From: Lama guanicoe
Lineage: Eukaryota
NCBI GenBank assembly: GCA_013239625.1
Contig: MU054391.1
Location: forward strand, 4,049,824-4,113,823
Reading direction: 5' to 3'
Length of the DNA: 64,000 nt
Position 1 is the stretch's first letter. Every line of letters begins with the position of its first letter. The notes beneath the pieces were generated by a model. It ran no database searches and was not told where the DNA came from. It worked only from the letters and a program-made list of their open reading frames with translations. This document shows, in pieces, positions 37,053 to 50,590 of the stretch. The position numbers were made by a program, and so were the translations under genes.

Positions 37053-38407
37053 AATAAATGAGTGGGGCTGCCCTTCTGGTCAAAGTTAAGGACTGCAAGC
37101 CTACTGATGGAAACAGAAGGTGATCCCTCGCCTGCTGTTGTGTGGATATGTGCTATGTTAATATACACAATTGGTGCATTTTTTAAAGAAACTTTACCAG
37201 GCTCTTAGGTGACTGATGCTCCAAACTATGTAGAGACCATAAAGGATAAAAGCAACAAAATTGCTAATATTTTTGACCAATGCAGTGACTATACTGCATT
37301 CCCCAAGGCTCTTTCTGCTGAAGTCTCTGAGCTGAGGCCCATCACATGGGGTGAATTGACAGTTCTTTCATCAGGGGGAGCCCAGCTGCTGGCCCCAGAG
37401 TGGACAACACTTGACCCTCCGTCTTCCAACTGCCCCTGACTGACAGAGGGCAGAAAGGGCTTTTGCTGGCCTGAGTGATATGAGCTGAAGAAGCTCACCT
37501 TTTAGAAGAGAGTAATTTCTATTTAATTTCAATCATGTGTGTGTGTTTTCTTCTTGTTGCCTTTTTCCCTTGTGAAGAAACTTGCCATGTGGTATTTAAG
37601 GTGACCTCACTCTGGCGACGAGAACATTCAGTGTGGTTTGTTTTCCCGCCCACGCACAGCGCGCCCTGCAGACTTGACAGGGATGGATCGGCCTGTAGAG
37701 GAGCAAACAAAAAACCAAAAATACCCTCCTCCAAAAAATACCCCACGGTGTGAGGCTCTTTCTGAGAAAGAGTGGCCTATTTCCTTCAAGTAGAAAAACA
37801 AATAACAAAAATAGATGTTTCTTAAGAGTCTTATTTACTCAGATGATATCAATTCTGATTCCAGCACAACACAACAGATCACAGTTGCTACCCAGAGATG
37901 CTGAGAGAGTCAGAGAGACGCGAATGCGACGGGGCTTTGCTGTGAGTGAGTTGTACATCTCACTTTGCTCATTAGAAGGTAAATGCATAATTATACGGCA
38001 CGCTCATGTAAGAGCAGTAAACTTTATGGGAGTATTTATAAAACAGTATGTTTACATCAATGGTGCTATACAAGCAACAAATAATAATAACATTGTGAAG
38101 AAAATTAGCTCCTTAGCTGCATAACATTTAATATGTAGCTCTATATAATTAATATCCTGACAATTTAATGGGTTACTCATTTTCTTTTTTTCTTCCCCCT
38201 CTCCTTTACTAGGAAGAGAGAAACAGAATTTGTTTAATTTAATATGGCATTTTCACAGTACTCTAGAGCCAGAACATCTCATGCCAGATTCATCTGATTT
38301 CTTACCCCATAACTTTGAAACTGGCTACTGGTTTATTAATGTACAGTATGCCCACTTAGATTATTTGTAAATATTATTCCCTTCTCATTGTTACCTTTCA
38401 CCTCTGT

Positions 38408-38507
38408 GCCTAAGGTCCTGCTAGACACCCACCATGCACAGGGCAGCCCCCATGACAAAGAATGATATGGCTCCAAATGTCAAGTGTGCTGAGGCTGAAA
38501 AACCCTG
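38408..38507 (+). mobile_element. MER20 3' half (hAT-Charlie)
   Basis: atgcacagggcagcccccatgacaaagaatgatatggctccaaatgtcaagtgtgctgaggctgaaaaaccctg. Confidence 0.9.
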
Positions 38508-38514
38508 AATTAGT

Positions 38515-38700
38515 TCACTGATCTTTACAATCATCCTCAAAGGCAGGGATTTGTTTATTCCCCTCATTTCATGCATTAAAAAAAAACTTGGACATAGATG
38601 AGTCAAGAGATACAGCCAAGATAAAATTGCACTGCACAAAATTGAGGACTTGGGGCTTGAACTCAGGTCTTCAGAATCTAAATTCCCCGGCACCTGCCCC
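38515..38700 (-). mobile_element. MIR SINE
   Basis: atctttacaatcatcct...gcttgaactcaggtcttcagaatctaaa. Confidence 0.75.
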
Positions 38701-38778
38701 AGCCCTTTGCTTCCACGAGTCCTGCTGACATTGAGAATTTGGCATTGGTTGCTGCTCACACAGATATGCGATAAAAAA

Positions 38779-38800
38779 GTGTGTGTGTGTGTGTGTGTGT
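38779..38800. repeat. (GT)n microsatellite
   Basis: Perfect GT run. Confidence 0.95.
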
Positions 38801-41719
38801 ACATATGTTTTCCTGATATCCAGAAATTGGTCCCTAGGAGCCAGACATGTCTGACTCTAGGCAAAGCCAAGGGAGCCACATCCACCTTTGGTCCTGCCCT
38901 CTTAGTGCCCTGGAGGAAGGACCCCCTAGAGAGCCCACCCCGCTGGGTGTCACTTCCTGACCAGGATGCCCGGCCCCGCCCACTGGCGGGTGGGAAAGCT
39001 ACGCGTGTCCTCATCTCTCCGTCGTCCAGGTCACAAGCGCCCGTGCTAGTGGGGAACGCTCCCGGTCTCCCCGTGGGTGTCGGTTCCCATCGAGGCCTGT
39101 CCTCTTTTCGGAAGCACCAAGGCCACTCATATTGCAGTTTTTTCAGCAGAAACGTGATGTCAGATTCAGGCGGAGCTTTTCATTTTGCCAAGTGAGAACT
39201 TCTGTGCTCCTCCAAACAGATATTTGTATGAAGCAGCACAAAGCCTGGGCCGCAGAGGACAGAGCCATGGACTGGGGTGGCTGCTAGCAAACCGCTTCCC
39301 CTCCAGACGGAAGAGGAGATGGGCTGGTCCTCTGGTCTGCGGTAGCGGCGGCCCCCTCCTCTGTCCTCAGCAGCCCCCTCCTCTGTCCGTGCCACCCCGG
39401 TTAATAACGTTCTTGCCTCTTCACTGGAGGACTGCGGTACCGGAACCCGGAGAAAGGGCCCTTCCTCTTCACTATTTAGCCGTCACTGTCACCACTTAAT
39501 AAACAGTTAAAAGGCAGTGACTCAGATCGCAGGTGCCAGTTTGGCCTGTGTGATTGTCAAATGGACCCAGCCCAGCTAATTTAGGTCCTCGGCGGCTCCG
39601 CTTCAGGATGCCTCAAGGCAGGCCAGATGCCAGCGCATCCTGCAAGATCCAGGAGCGAGGAGCACAGGGTGAGAGTGTGAGGTGTGGGGCTGGCTTTAGT
39701 GACAGCCAGGGAGGGGTGACTTGGGGGGAGGACTCAGGAAGGAGGGCCCTCGGGGCTCTGAGTCAGAGGGGGTTTATGCCTGATGCTCCCAGCACATAGA
39801 GACATCACTTCTCCAGCCTCTGGGACAGGACACCTGGCTCTGCCGTGCTGGATGCCTGACTTGGCATGTCCACACCAGCTGGAAGACAAGGGAGCATGGG
39901 GCTCTCCCAGGGGTCTGTAGTTTGAGCCACACTGCACATCAACTGGCTGGTCAGTGTGACCGCTGCTCAGTGTGAAGGGCTGTTGCTTTCACGCAGTCAC
40001 TCAGTTTAATCGAGGAACCTTCGTGGGTGGTTCTGGGCCACATTCTGCCATCCCTAGTGGTTCAATGAGGATGCCAGGATGTGGCGATGGGCATCTGCAA
40101 GTCATTTTATGACTTTTAACAACCTTGATACAAATCATTCTGCAGCATTCAAACCACAAAACCTACCAAGTGCCCTTTATGTACCAGGCATTGTGTTTCT
40201 GGAAACATTCAAGCATCATCTTGAGCTCAGGATGTTCAGAGGAAACAGCCAGTTTCACAAACCAGTTATACAGTCACTTGAGACATAATAATCAGACGCC
40301 ATAGGTGATGCTTTAAGAGAAGACAGGAGTGGATGGCTGTCACTTGGAATTTGGGACAGGACACTTGGAGTTGTAGCAGGGAGCATGAACCACAAATCGT
40401 CCATGACTTAAAGACGCCAACTTGCGTGACTAGCAAGCACGTGTCCTTGACATCTTTGGAGTGAAGCATTTGTAGCATTGGGCTCATCACATTCGTTCCC
40501 AACCTTTGTCTTTATCTTCATCCCATGTTCATCATTCCAGTTATTCATCTTTTGACATAATTTTTGGACGCAACATTACCATGGCTCTTGAGTATCTTGC
40601 ATGCCCTGATAGGATATTCTTTAGACCCAGTTCAAATGCCTAGTCCTCCAGGAAGCTTTCTCGGTTCCCTCTGGGATCATGTAGTCTACACAGAAAGATC
40701 ACGCAGATTTACTTGCACCCTTTTAATGCACACAGCACTTTGTATTGTTTATTATGTTACAAGAATTAGGTTTATTGTTGTGCAACCTGTTTCATCCAGT
40801 TCATATCATTATCAATCATCAGAAGAATATTTACATTCAGGAAAATGACAAACCAGCAGAAGTCAGTTTTCGGCTCCATCATCAGTGAGCTCTCACCAAA
40901 GTCTTCTATTATCTCCACGCGCCACCTGCCCTTCCCCCACTGCCACCCACATCAACACCTCCTCCGCTTGTGCTGCCGTAGCATCCTGACCACACACCTG
41001 CCAGAGCCCTCTCCACACAGCAGCTTATGTATTTGTGATTCTCTCTCTCTCTGATGTGATGTGAGTCCTGAGGGACAGGGACTGAGTCTTGCTTGCTCAG
41101 CATCTTGTATGGGATGGGATGAATGGGGGGAACTGTTTGTGTTCAACTTAACTACAGGTAGGTAACTGCTAATCGTTTGAGCAAGAGCTCTGAGGACCCT
41201 GCACAAAACTCTGTGCTTGTAAGCTTGGGCCATTCCACTGCTGACGGTATCCAGGAGAGCAGGCAGAGACTCAGAAACAATCAAACCCAAATGAATTCTC
41301 ATTGGGTTCAAATTATACATCGCACTGGAACCTTCTTACCATGAGTACATTTGGCTTGTACTTAAGAAGTCTGCTTTTTAACTCAATCTATGCTGTCAAA
41401 ACTTTAACCTTGAACTCTCATCTTGGCCCTGAAAATCTAGCTGAATCATTAGCGTTTGAAGAAGTCAGTGTGAGGCGAGAACTATGAATGATGCCTTCAG
41501 CGCCACGAAATCCGTCCTCCCCTCAGGTTAGACCCCTGGACTGCTGTGCACGTGGCTCTTACCAGTGAGGGCTGTCCTCCCTGACTTACCTCTGAAACTC
41601 ACGATCTCTAGATTTTTAAGGGTGGTTTTGTAAATGATCAGTAAACAAAAGACATTTTGGTCTGGCTTATGAGATGTTCATGAAGGCACCGCCATAGTAG
41701 TCAAGGTAGGCGGTATAAC

Positions 41720-41930
41720 ATAATGGCTGGGACAACGGAGCACGGCAACTGCTCATGGTCACTTACACACAGACCAACCCTGTGTGAACTGGAGAGCAGG
41801 CACGTGGCCTCTCTATGCTTCAGTGTCTTCCTGATCAATCACAAGCTGGCAATAAGAGTGATCTCTGTGGTTGTGAGGACCCAATGAACATAAAGTATGA
41901 AACTCTGTGCAGGGCCAGCATGAATTAAAA
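41720..41930 (+). mobile_element. MIR SINE
   Basis: gcctctctatgcttcagtgtcttcc...ggttgtgaggacccaatga. Confidence 0.7.
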
Positions 41931-42819
41931 ATAACTTTAAAAAATGTTTTTGCTCAGTGTCAAACTGCATTAGCCTTTTAGTGGCAGATAATAAAATGAG
42001 ATATAAAGTGCCTTTTTTTTTCCCCTTTTGGCTACTTTGAGGTACAGAGCAAATATTTAATCCCTAATATTTAATCAGAGTAGTTCTGTGAATCTCAATG
42101 TCTGTGGCATGGATTTTCTTGCTCTCACCTTATTTTTGTTTTTATTTTGCATTTATATTTTTGAAGCCAGTATTTTATCCAGACAACACATTAGAGAAGT
42201 AGGTAAGGCATGTTCTGTGAGTAAATAAGCACACAATTTTTACTTATATAAACAGAAAACATAGGCCCCCTGTCATTGAGAACTTACAATATTATTAGGG
42301 GGAAAAATACATGTAAAGTAGAAGTAAAATTATACATGTATGTGTGTATACAGACACACACACACACAGAGCGGTGAGCTGGCGAATGTAACAGCTGTCC
42401 CTCCAAAATCCTAAACCCCTCATTTGTAAGTTTTGACAATTTCCATGATGGGAATACTTCCCTTCTATGATGGCTCATTTCAAGCTACCAATAGTTTAAG
42501 AACCAGCGTGCAGAATTCCCGAAGCATGAACTGCCTCCAGTGGGTAGATGCTAAACTGGCACAGATTCGAGGAGGAAAGTGAATTCGGAAAAGAGGAATT
42601 CCGTGTCTGTGGATTAAAACAGCCTGGAAGGTACCAGGGAGCATGGACAACCTGAGTCGGGTCTGAAAAGATTCATAACCTTCGGGAAAAACCAATTATA
42701 GTGAAAAAAATCTCTGCCCTCTGTGTGTTGCCAGCTCGTTCACCCACTGCATGAGTGTAAGGAGACAGGTAGTGTGAGGCCATGTCGGCGACATGGTGCT
42801 CACTCTACGTGCCAACAAT

Positions 42820-43325
42820 CGCTGTGGGGAGCACTTACCTCAGCCTGGAGGGCAAAGTCCGGGAAGGCTTCCTGGAGGCAGCGACTGAGTCCGAAATGAT
42901 GAAGAGGTTCTCACCAGACCGAAGCAGGCAGGAGAAGGGCATCTGAGCCACAGAGTGTTGGAGTGAAATGAAAAGGAGAGGAGGCGTGGAATGTGGGAAG
43001 CTACAGGTAGATCCAGGTCGGTGGTGGGGCACAGCCTGCGCGGGCACAGGCAGCGGGAAGGGTCGCCAGGCACTGGGGTGACAGATTCTGAAAGAGCCGA
43101 TGGTCTTGTTCAGGGCCCCGTGGTCTCTGCGGAAAGCTTTGGCACACGTCTGTCGTGATTTGAGCAGATTTGAGGACTGCGTTTTAGGCAGTCACGTGAA
43201 CAAATTTGGTCCATGTGTCGGTTTTGAATGGCCAAGAGCAGGGAGAATGAGGTCCCTTCAAAGGCCATCATCACTGTCCAGGCAAGACTTGATGAAAGCA
43301 CAAACAAAGACAGCAGAATTTGGGA
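42820..43325 (-). mobile_element. L2 LINE fragment
   Basis: gtccgggaaggcttcctggaggcagcgac...gatttgagcag...gtccaggcaagacttgatga. Confidence 0.75.
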
Positions 43326-44299
43326 CAGAAAAAAATCTACTGCAGATTTCCTGCAATTCCTAACTTGTCTTTCATTTCACCTTTTTATTTAGCTTATATT
43401 ATAAGCTAAACAGTATCACTGTCTTTAAGTTTAGGTTTAAGTCTTCACGTTTTCATTAGTTAGGTAGTTTTGAGCAATCTTATTTCAACAAGTATCTGTT
43501 TACTCACGTAATAGACTGTCTTGTAGACACCCTGACTTGGGAGAAGGCACTGAGTGTGCGTTAATTTTCAGGTAATTTATGATAGAAGATACTTATTTTC
43601 CAATTTTTCTTTTATGTTTATCACTAGATTCACTTTTGTGTCAGTTAGACAATAAAGGAAAAAATTAAACTTCCCCTAAATGGTTATCAATCTTTACTGG
43701 GGAGTATCTCTTCCAGTTTGGTCAGTAGAAGAAAAGGTGCAATTAATTATAAAATCACCTCAGCTCTAGAAAAACTTCATCTGTCTGGAGCTTAGAAGGT
43801 TGAAATATAGCCCTTTGGATGCCCAGCAATTAGATAGACTTTTATGTCTCGGCAAATAAAACAGAGTAACTGAGATCTAAAACAGCAGACAAGCAAATAA
43901 GAAAAATCACCATTACTAGAGTTTAAAGAGGAAAGTCATAAAAGTTTTTTCTTTCTTTTAATTTCTTGGCAAAGCTGTATCTCTGGGTTAATTGTACTCC
44001 TGGAAGTTCCCTAGGAAAATGCATTGTCTTTGCATAAACATAATATCCAAAATTTAAATTAAAATATATCTAAAGGATATTGAAAACATTTGAGTGTTAC
44101 TTGGGTTCACATTTAATATACGATAATTAGAATTTCCCATCGAAAGTACATTTTCCCCTCTAAAGCTTTGTGGAAATCACAATTGAGTTCCTTGTTTAAA
44201 TATAATCAAATAATTTTGTTTCAAAGTGTGTTTTTCATTATAAAATTAATGTGACCACATTACAGGACATCTGTGAATCACAGAGACTTAGACTTGACA

Positions 44300-44760
44300 G
44301 TTCATTGCAGAATTTTGTCACAGCAAAACGGCTGAAGCAGCTGAACGTCAGCAGTGGAAACATGGATAAAAAAATCTAGTATGGGAAATGGTCTTACAAG
44401 TAACATAATGAGGCAGGCAGCAACATAAAGACATATTTTGACATAGAGTGATCTCTAAGTCAGTGTTGAGTACAGACGTCAAATAACAAAAAAAATCTAT
44501 ACAACATAATGTCATTTGTGTAAACACATAATAATGTGTGTTATAAATGCACACAGAAGAGACTTCAAGAACAAGCACATGGAACCGATGACACAAGTTA
44601 CTTCTAGGACGTGTGTTTATGTGTGTTTGTGTATTTGGCAAGAGGTAGGAATAGATTTACGGATGGCAATCAAGAGATTTAATTTTATCTGTTGTTTTTA
44701 AAAATTGCATCACTGTATTGTGCATTCGTTGTATGCACAATGAATAACAATAGATAATAA
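44300..44760 (+). mobile_element. Very old L1 (L1ME-like) 3' end
   Basis: gttcattgcagaattttgtcacagcaaaa...tggataaaaaaatctagtat. Confidence 0.65.
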
Positions 44761-45751
44761 AAGAAACATAAAAGGAGAGGGAATGTTGGAAGGATCATGA
44801 TTTCATCACTGGAACGCAAAACTCAGTATATTTCTTCCAGTCTTTGCCCCGTTTTTTTAGTATATTGTTACACAGTCTCCATATTGAGAGTGCCACACAA
44901 TTCATGCAATAATTCTCTTGGTGGTTGTTTAGTTTGTGTCCTAGATTCTAATACTGATGATAAACATCTTGCTTACAGTTTGATCTTCTATTTTGAAGAG
45001 TTTCTTTAGGATTTTCTGAACTATTATTAGGTCAAAAGCTATGTGAATTTGTTGTGCTTCTTTTTTTTAATTTTCTGTGTCATGCTGAAAGTTGCTTGTG
45101 CTAAAAGTTACTGATGTACACGAACATTTTATGTGTTGTAGCTTACTTCAGATCCTTAAGCAGATTCGGCTAATTCATTTGTTGCTTGTTTGGTTTGGCG
45201 ATGAATAGATTGATGCTTGGCCGAATGGCAACAAGATAGGTCATCAGATCTGTGATGATGAAACCAAAGCCAGTATTCCTCACTAATCAGTGTATTCCTT
45301 CTGGAAGTGGCTGCAAGATTAGGTGCCTTATACAGTGCTTGGACCAGAGGAGTCAATGCTCGACGACTATGTATTGAATTAAATTGAAGAGAAACAGAAA
45401 ATCTGAGTCAAACCCCAGCTGAAACATAAAGGTAATGGATGCCACGGCAGCCCAGGTGGCATCAGACCAGGCAGTGTGGAGTTCTCTGTTGACAGCAGCT
45501 CCACTCCCACAGGTACCTTTTGGGTGATCAGAAAGACTCAGCAGCTGAGCTGTGCATCTGGCCACGGTTCCAAAGCCCCCAAGCGTGAAGGTCCACGCTC
45601 CACTCAGGTCAAGACACCATGAGCTCACAGATCTGTGCGTCTGTGTCAGACTGTCTGTAAGGATACAGGGGAAACCTATGTCCTGCATTAGAAGGTATCA
45701 ATGTATCGATTCTATTGTTCATAAGCCAGCTGCCTCCCCGCTTTCACAAGC

Positions 45752-48700
45752 ATTTTCTTTTTAATTATAGATTCACAGGAGTCTGCAAACTTAGTACAGA
45801 GAGATCCTGTGTATGCTTCACCCAGTAATTTCTCCCAATGGTTACATCTTGCATAATTTTAGTACAATATCCAATGTAGGATCTGACCTGGTACAGCGTG
45901 TGTGCAAAGCCCAACGCCATTTCAACCACTTGTGTGGATTTGTGTAACGACCAGCCCCGTCAAGATTCAGAACAATTCCAGTCCCACGGAATTCCCCGCA
46001 TACCTATTTATAGCCTTTTCCCCTAAGTCCCCTTCCACCACAGACACAGCCTCTGAACCCTGGCAATGACGAATGTTTCCCATCTCTACAATCTTCCCAT
46101 TGTGAGAATATAAATGCAGTCACACAGTGATCTTTTGAGATTGACTTTTCTCACTGAGCATACTGGACTTGAGATCTATTCAACTTAAAGTGGTTATTTA
46201 ATGACTTCCTTTTTCTTGCCAAGTAGTATTCCACTATGTGGATGTAACACGTTGTTAACCATCCGTCTATTACTGAAGGACTTCGCATTGTTTCTCGGCT
46301 TGGCTATTACAAGTAAAGCTGCTATGAATGATCATGTTCAGGTTTTTTGTGCTGACGTGAGTTTTTACTTCCAAATAAATATCTGTGATTGAAACTACTG
46401 GTTCCAATGGCAATTACATGTTTAGTCTTATTTTAAAAATAAAAATGTGAACTGTCTTCTAGAGTGGCTGCATCATTTTATATTCCCAATAGCAATATGA
46501 GCGATTTTGTTTCTCTATATCCTTACCAGCATTTGGCATTGTTGCTATTTTTTTTTATTTTATGTGTTCTAATAAGTGTGTAGTGATATCTCTTTGTGGC
46601 ATTAGTTTTTATTTCCCTAATGGCTAGTGTGGTGCAAAAGACATTGCGCATCTTTTAATGTGAGTGTTTGCTGTCAGTGACCGGTATCCTCAAGGCTCTT
46701 GCCCATTTTCAAATTGTATTTTTTTCTTCTGTTGAGTTTTGAGTTCTTCATATAGTCTAGATGCGAAGCCTTTGTCAAATACTCGGTTTGCACATGTTTT
46801 CTCCCAGTCTGTGATTTATCTTTTTAGCCTCTTTATAGGGTCTTTCACAGAACAAATACTTCTATTTTTGATGAGATCATTTTTTTCTATTATGAATTAT
46901 GTATTTAACGTCATGTCCATGAGTACTTCCCCAAGCCCTAGGTTCTGAAGACTTTCTCCTAGGTTGTCTGCTAAAAGATTTACAAGTTTACATCTAAAAC
47001 TATGATCCACTTTGCTTCAATCAAGGGTTCCTTTGTTTATTTTCTTTGCCTATATAAATCTAATTGTCCCAGCACCATTTCCTGAAAGAATGCTCTTCCT
47101 TCATTGAATTGCTTTTGCAACTTTGTCAAAAAATTAGTGGGCTAGTTTTTAAAATTTTAAAACTAGGACCACATGTGTGGCCCTATTTCTATGTTCTCCT
47201 TTCTGTTCCAATGATCTTTATGTTTACTCTCCAGAAATGCCACAAAGTCTTGATTAGTGTAACTGTATTATGAGTCATGAAATTGGAAGAGTGCATCTTC
47301 CCAGTTTCTTCATCTTTTTCAGAATTGTTTATTCTGGTTTATTTTCCATATAAATTTTAGAATAGTTACGTCAATATTTATGAGTAATCTTGATGAGATG
47401 ACAGTAGGAATTGCACTGAGTCTATTTGTACCTATCTGTCAATTTTGAGAAAATTTACAGCTTTACTGTTGTCTTCCAATCCATTTACATATTGAATTAT
47501 TTGTATGTGTTCTAAGAGAGCTAATTCTTTTTACATACTGTGGAATATATTTTTAATATTATGTTAAGAATTTTTCATCTGTATTCATGAGGGATATTGT
47601 TCTGTAGTTTTCTTTTTTGTACTGTCTGAGCCTAGTTTTCATATTGGGATAATACTGGTTTTTGTAGAATGAGTAGGAAGTATTCCGTCCTCTTTTATTT
47701 CGTGTAGAACTAGTGTTCATTTTTTAAACTTCCAGTAGAATTCTCCAGTGAAAACATCTGGGCCTAGAAATTGCTTGTTTGGGAGGTTTTAAATTATGTA
47801 TCAAATTTCCTTAATAGTTATAGGACCATTCAAATTACTAGTCTTATATTCAAAAAGTTGAGATAGTTTCCAGTTGTCAAAATTAGTATATTTTATCCAG
47901 TTTATCAAACTTATGTGTGTACAGTGGATAGTAATATTCCCTTTTTTATCTTTTTGATGTGCACAGGGCCTGTATTAATATCCCTTGTTTTATTCTTGAT
48001 TTGTTTTCTTTGTCAGCCTAATAGGAGATAAGTCAATTTTATTGACCTTTTTAAAGAACCCAATTTTTCTTCTGTAAATGTCTCTGTTTCTGTTTTGTGT
48101 ATCTATTTTCTGTACAGTGTTTCTGTTTTCACTTTAATTGATTGTAATTTTACTTTTTTTCTTTCTTCTGCTTGCTTTTAGTTTATTTTGCCCTACTTTT
48201 TCTAGTTTTTAGAAGTAGGAGCTTAGATTATTGGTTAATGACATTATCTTTTCCTGTATAAGCTTTTAGTGCTATAAAGCTTCCTCTTACTCCTGCTTAG
48301 CTGCGTCCCACAAGTTTCCATGTGCCATACTTTCATTTTCATTTAACTCATTGCATTTTTATCTCCCTTGGAGCTTCCCCTCTGCCGTGTGAATTACGTA
48401 TAAAAGTGTTATTTAATTTCTGAGCATATGAAGATTCTCCTGTTGTATTACTGTTATTGATTTCTAGTTCAGTTTGATGACAGAAAATATATTCTGCATG
48501 ATTTTGATTCATTTCAATTTACTGAGATTTATTTTATAGTTGACACCCATATTTTTAATCTTTTTATATACTCTGTGGGCACTTGAAGAGAATGTTTATT
48601 CTGCTGTCATTGGGTAGAGTGTTCACAACACCTCAGTTAGATTCTGCTGGTTGACCACGCTTTTGAGTTGTCTGCATCCTTGCTGACTCCATGCTCAGTT

Positions 48701-49075
48701 CATGCCGTGGAGCCCACTCTCACTGGAGTCATTTCTGCTGTGTAGGCCATGTGTCATCGCTCCCCTGGTAGTTTCAAAGAATTTTCTCTTTGCTTTCAGA
48801 TTCCAGAAGTTTAATTATTATGTGTTTTGATGTGAATTTAAGTTCATCTGATTTGTGGTTTGTCCAGCTTTTTCCAACAATAGGTTTATGTTTATTTCTA
48901 TATTTGGGGATTTTTCAGCCACTCTTTCTTTGAATCCTCTCTTAGTTCCATGAATATGTGATCTTCTGGTATAAGCCTACATATCTTTGAGACTGTGTTC
49001 CGTTTTTTTCAGTCTACTTTATTTTTTTATTGTTAGAGCTGACTAGTTTGTGTTGTCCATCTTCAAGTTTGTTGT
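45752..49075 (-). mobile_element. Ancient L1 (L1MC-like), fragmented 3' UTR, ORF2 and ORF1
   Basis: 3' end tatagattcacagga...gtacagagagatcctgtgtatgcttcacccag; antisense ORF2 landmarks (ttgtcccagcaccattt, tccagtgaaaacatctgggcct); ORF1-like piece ~48760-49075. Confidence 0.9.
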
Positions 49076-49169
49076 TAAATCGGATACAATCCTTTACAAG
49101 CTTAGACTCATCACCATTCGTACGACAGAGTTCACTCTCTTAAATATACTATCCAGGGACCTTTTTAAT

Positions 49170-49580
49170 CTCTGTCCAGCAAAGCTCCCCTTCTCCCTCC
49201 ACTTCTCCCTTCTATGAACTCTGTGCTGCAACCAAATAAGGTGATTTGTGGAAACCCACCTGTGCCCAGCGTGTGCCCTCTCTTTGCTGACACTGTTTGC
49301 TTCTGCTTGGAAAACTATCTTTTCTATTCAGTCACTCCCTTTACACCTACAGACCTTGTCTAAATACCCCTTTACTGACAATGTCTTGCTCAACCCCAGA
49401 AATCTTTCATTCCTTGCCAATCCTATGCTATTATCACACACCTTCAGCATGCACCATGGTGCATCACTCATTTATTTTTTCATTTGTAAGTGTCCTGATA
49501 CCCAAATTTTCTTGTAAAACCTTCAAAGAAATGTTGTGACAGTGCCTTGCTCAGGAAAAGGATTTCTAATGACTCTACCT
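49170..49580 (+). mobile_element. L2 3' region
   Basis: ctgtttgcttctgcttggaaaact...acagtgccttgctca. Confidence 0.6.
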
Positions 49581-50149
49581 GTGTTCTTTTAGGTCAGTCA
49601 TTTGAGTGATGGCTAGGAATTGAAGAAAACCCACTGAGGAGGTGATCGGCTGGGACATAATAAAATTCAGTGATTAGATAATTACTGAAAATTATTTCTA
49701 AAAATGCAGGAATCAGTGAAAAAGAATGCAAAAGAAAAACTGTAAGAGGGCTTAGAAAATATGAAGATATCTCAAGGTTCATTTTCTTAGACAATTGCAA
49801 AAAGGCATTCACTGCCGGACAGGGTTTTAATTCATTTCGTCATCATTTCCATTATTATTGCCAAATAGCATTGTCTGGTCAAAATATAATACATCAGAAT
49901 AAATAATACCAAAGAACAGTGTTCCTTTTAAATTATAGTTTAAACACAAATTCACATCTCTTCGCTTTTCAGAAATGATTATTTACACTTTGACGTAGTG
50001 AACATTTTGCTGAGGGCTCTTGGTGTTTTGCTGTCAGCTTATTCATTCGCTTGTTGCTCGCATTCTGTGCTGGAGACGCCCCACAGAACATGCATGCTCT
50101 TGTAATTTCTAAGAAGGCATTGGAGTCTGAAACCTAACCGAAGCCCATT

Positions 50150-50590
50150 TCAGCACAGTTAGTGGTGCTGGCTTTAATCTTTCTGTCACAACAGAAAGTC
50201 TACAAGGCCATGGATGTCCCAGGCTCCTTCATGCTTCCTGCATTGTCATCAGTGCTGTGTGGCTTTTATCTTCCTGATTGCCTCTTGATCAAAAGAGGAA
50301 TGCTCTGTCTCCAGCCCAGGCCCTCATTCCAGGAAGGAAGATGATGAAAGTGACAAGAAGTAAGTGGTGGGGCGTCTATTCCAGGAAAGCACAACTTTCC
50401 CAGAAAGTCCCAGATGCCTTACACTTACGTCTCTCTGCCATAAGTGTGTCCCCCACGCTGTAGGAAAGGTAAAATGTATTTTTGAATGCTTGTATCCTGG
50501 TGCCTAGATACTCTGAAGAAAATCAGTTTTGGGTCTGTGAGGGGGAACGAGAGATGGATTTGGGGGAGGAAAGGAGCAATGTTGGCCATG
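50150..50590 (-). mobile_element. ERVL-MaLR LTR (MLT1J-like)
   Basis: cccaggctccttc...cattccaggaaggaag...ctttcccagaaagtccc...gatggatttgggg. Confidence 0.7.
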
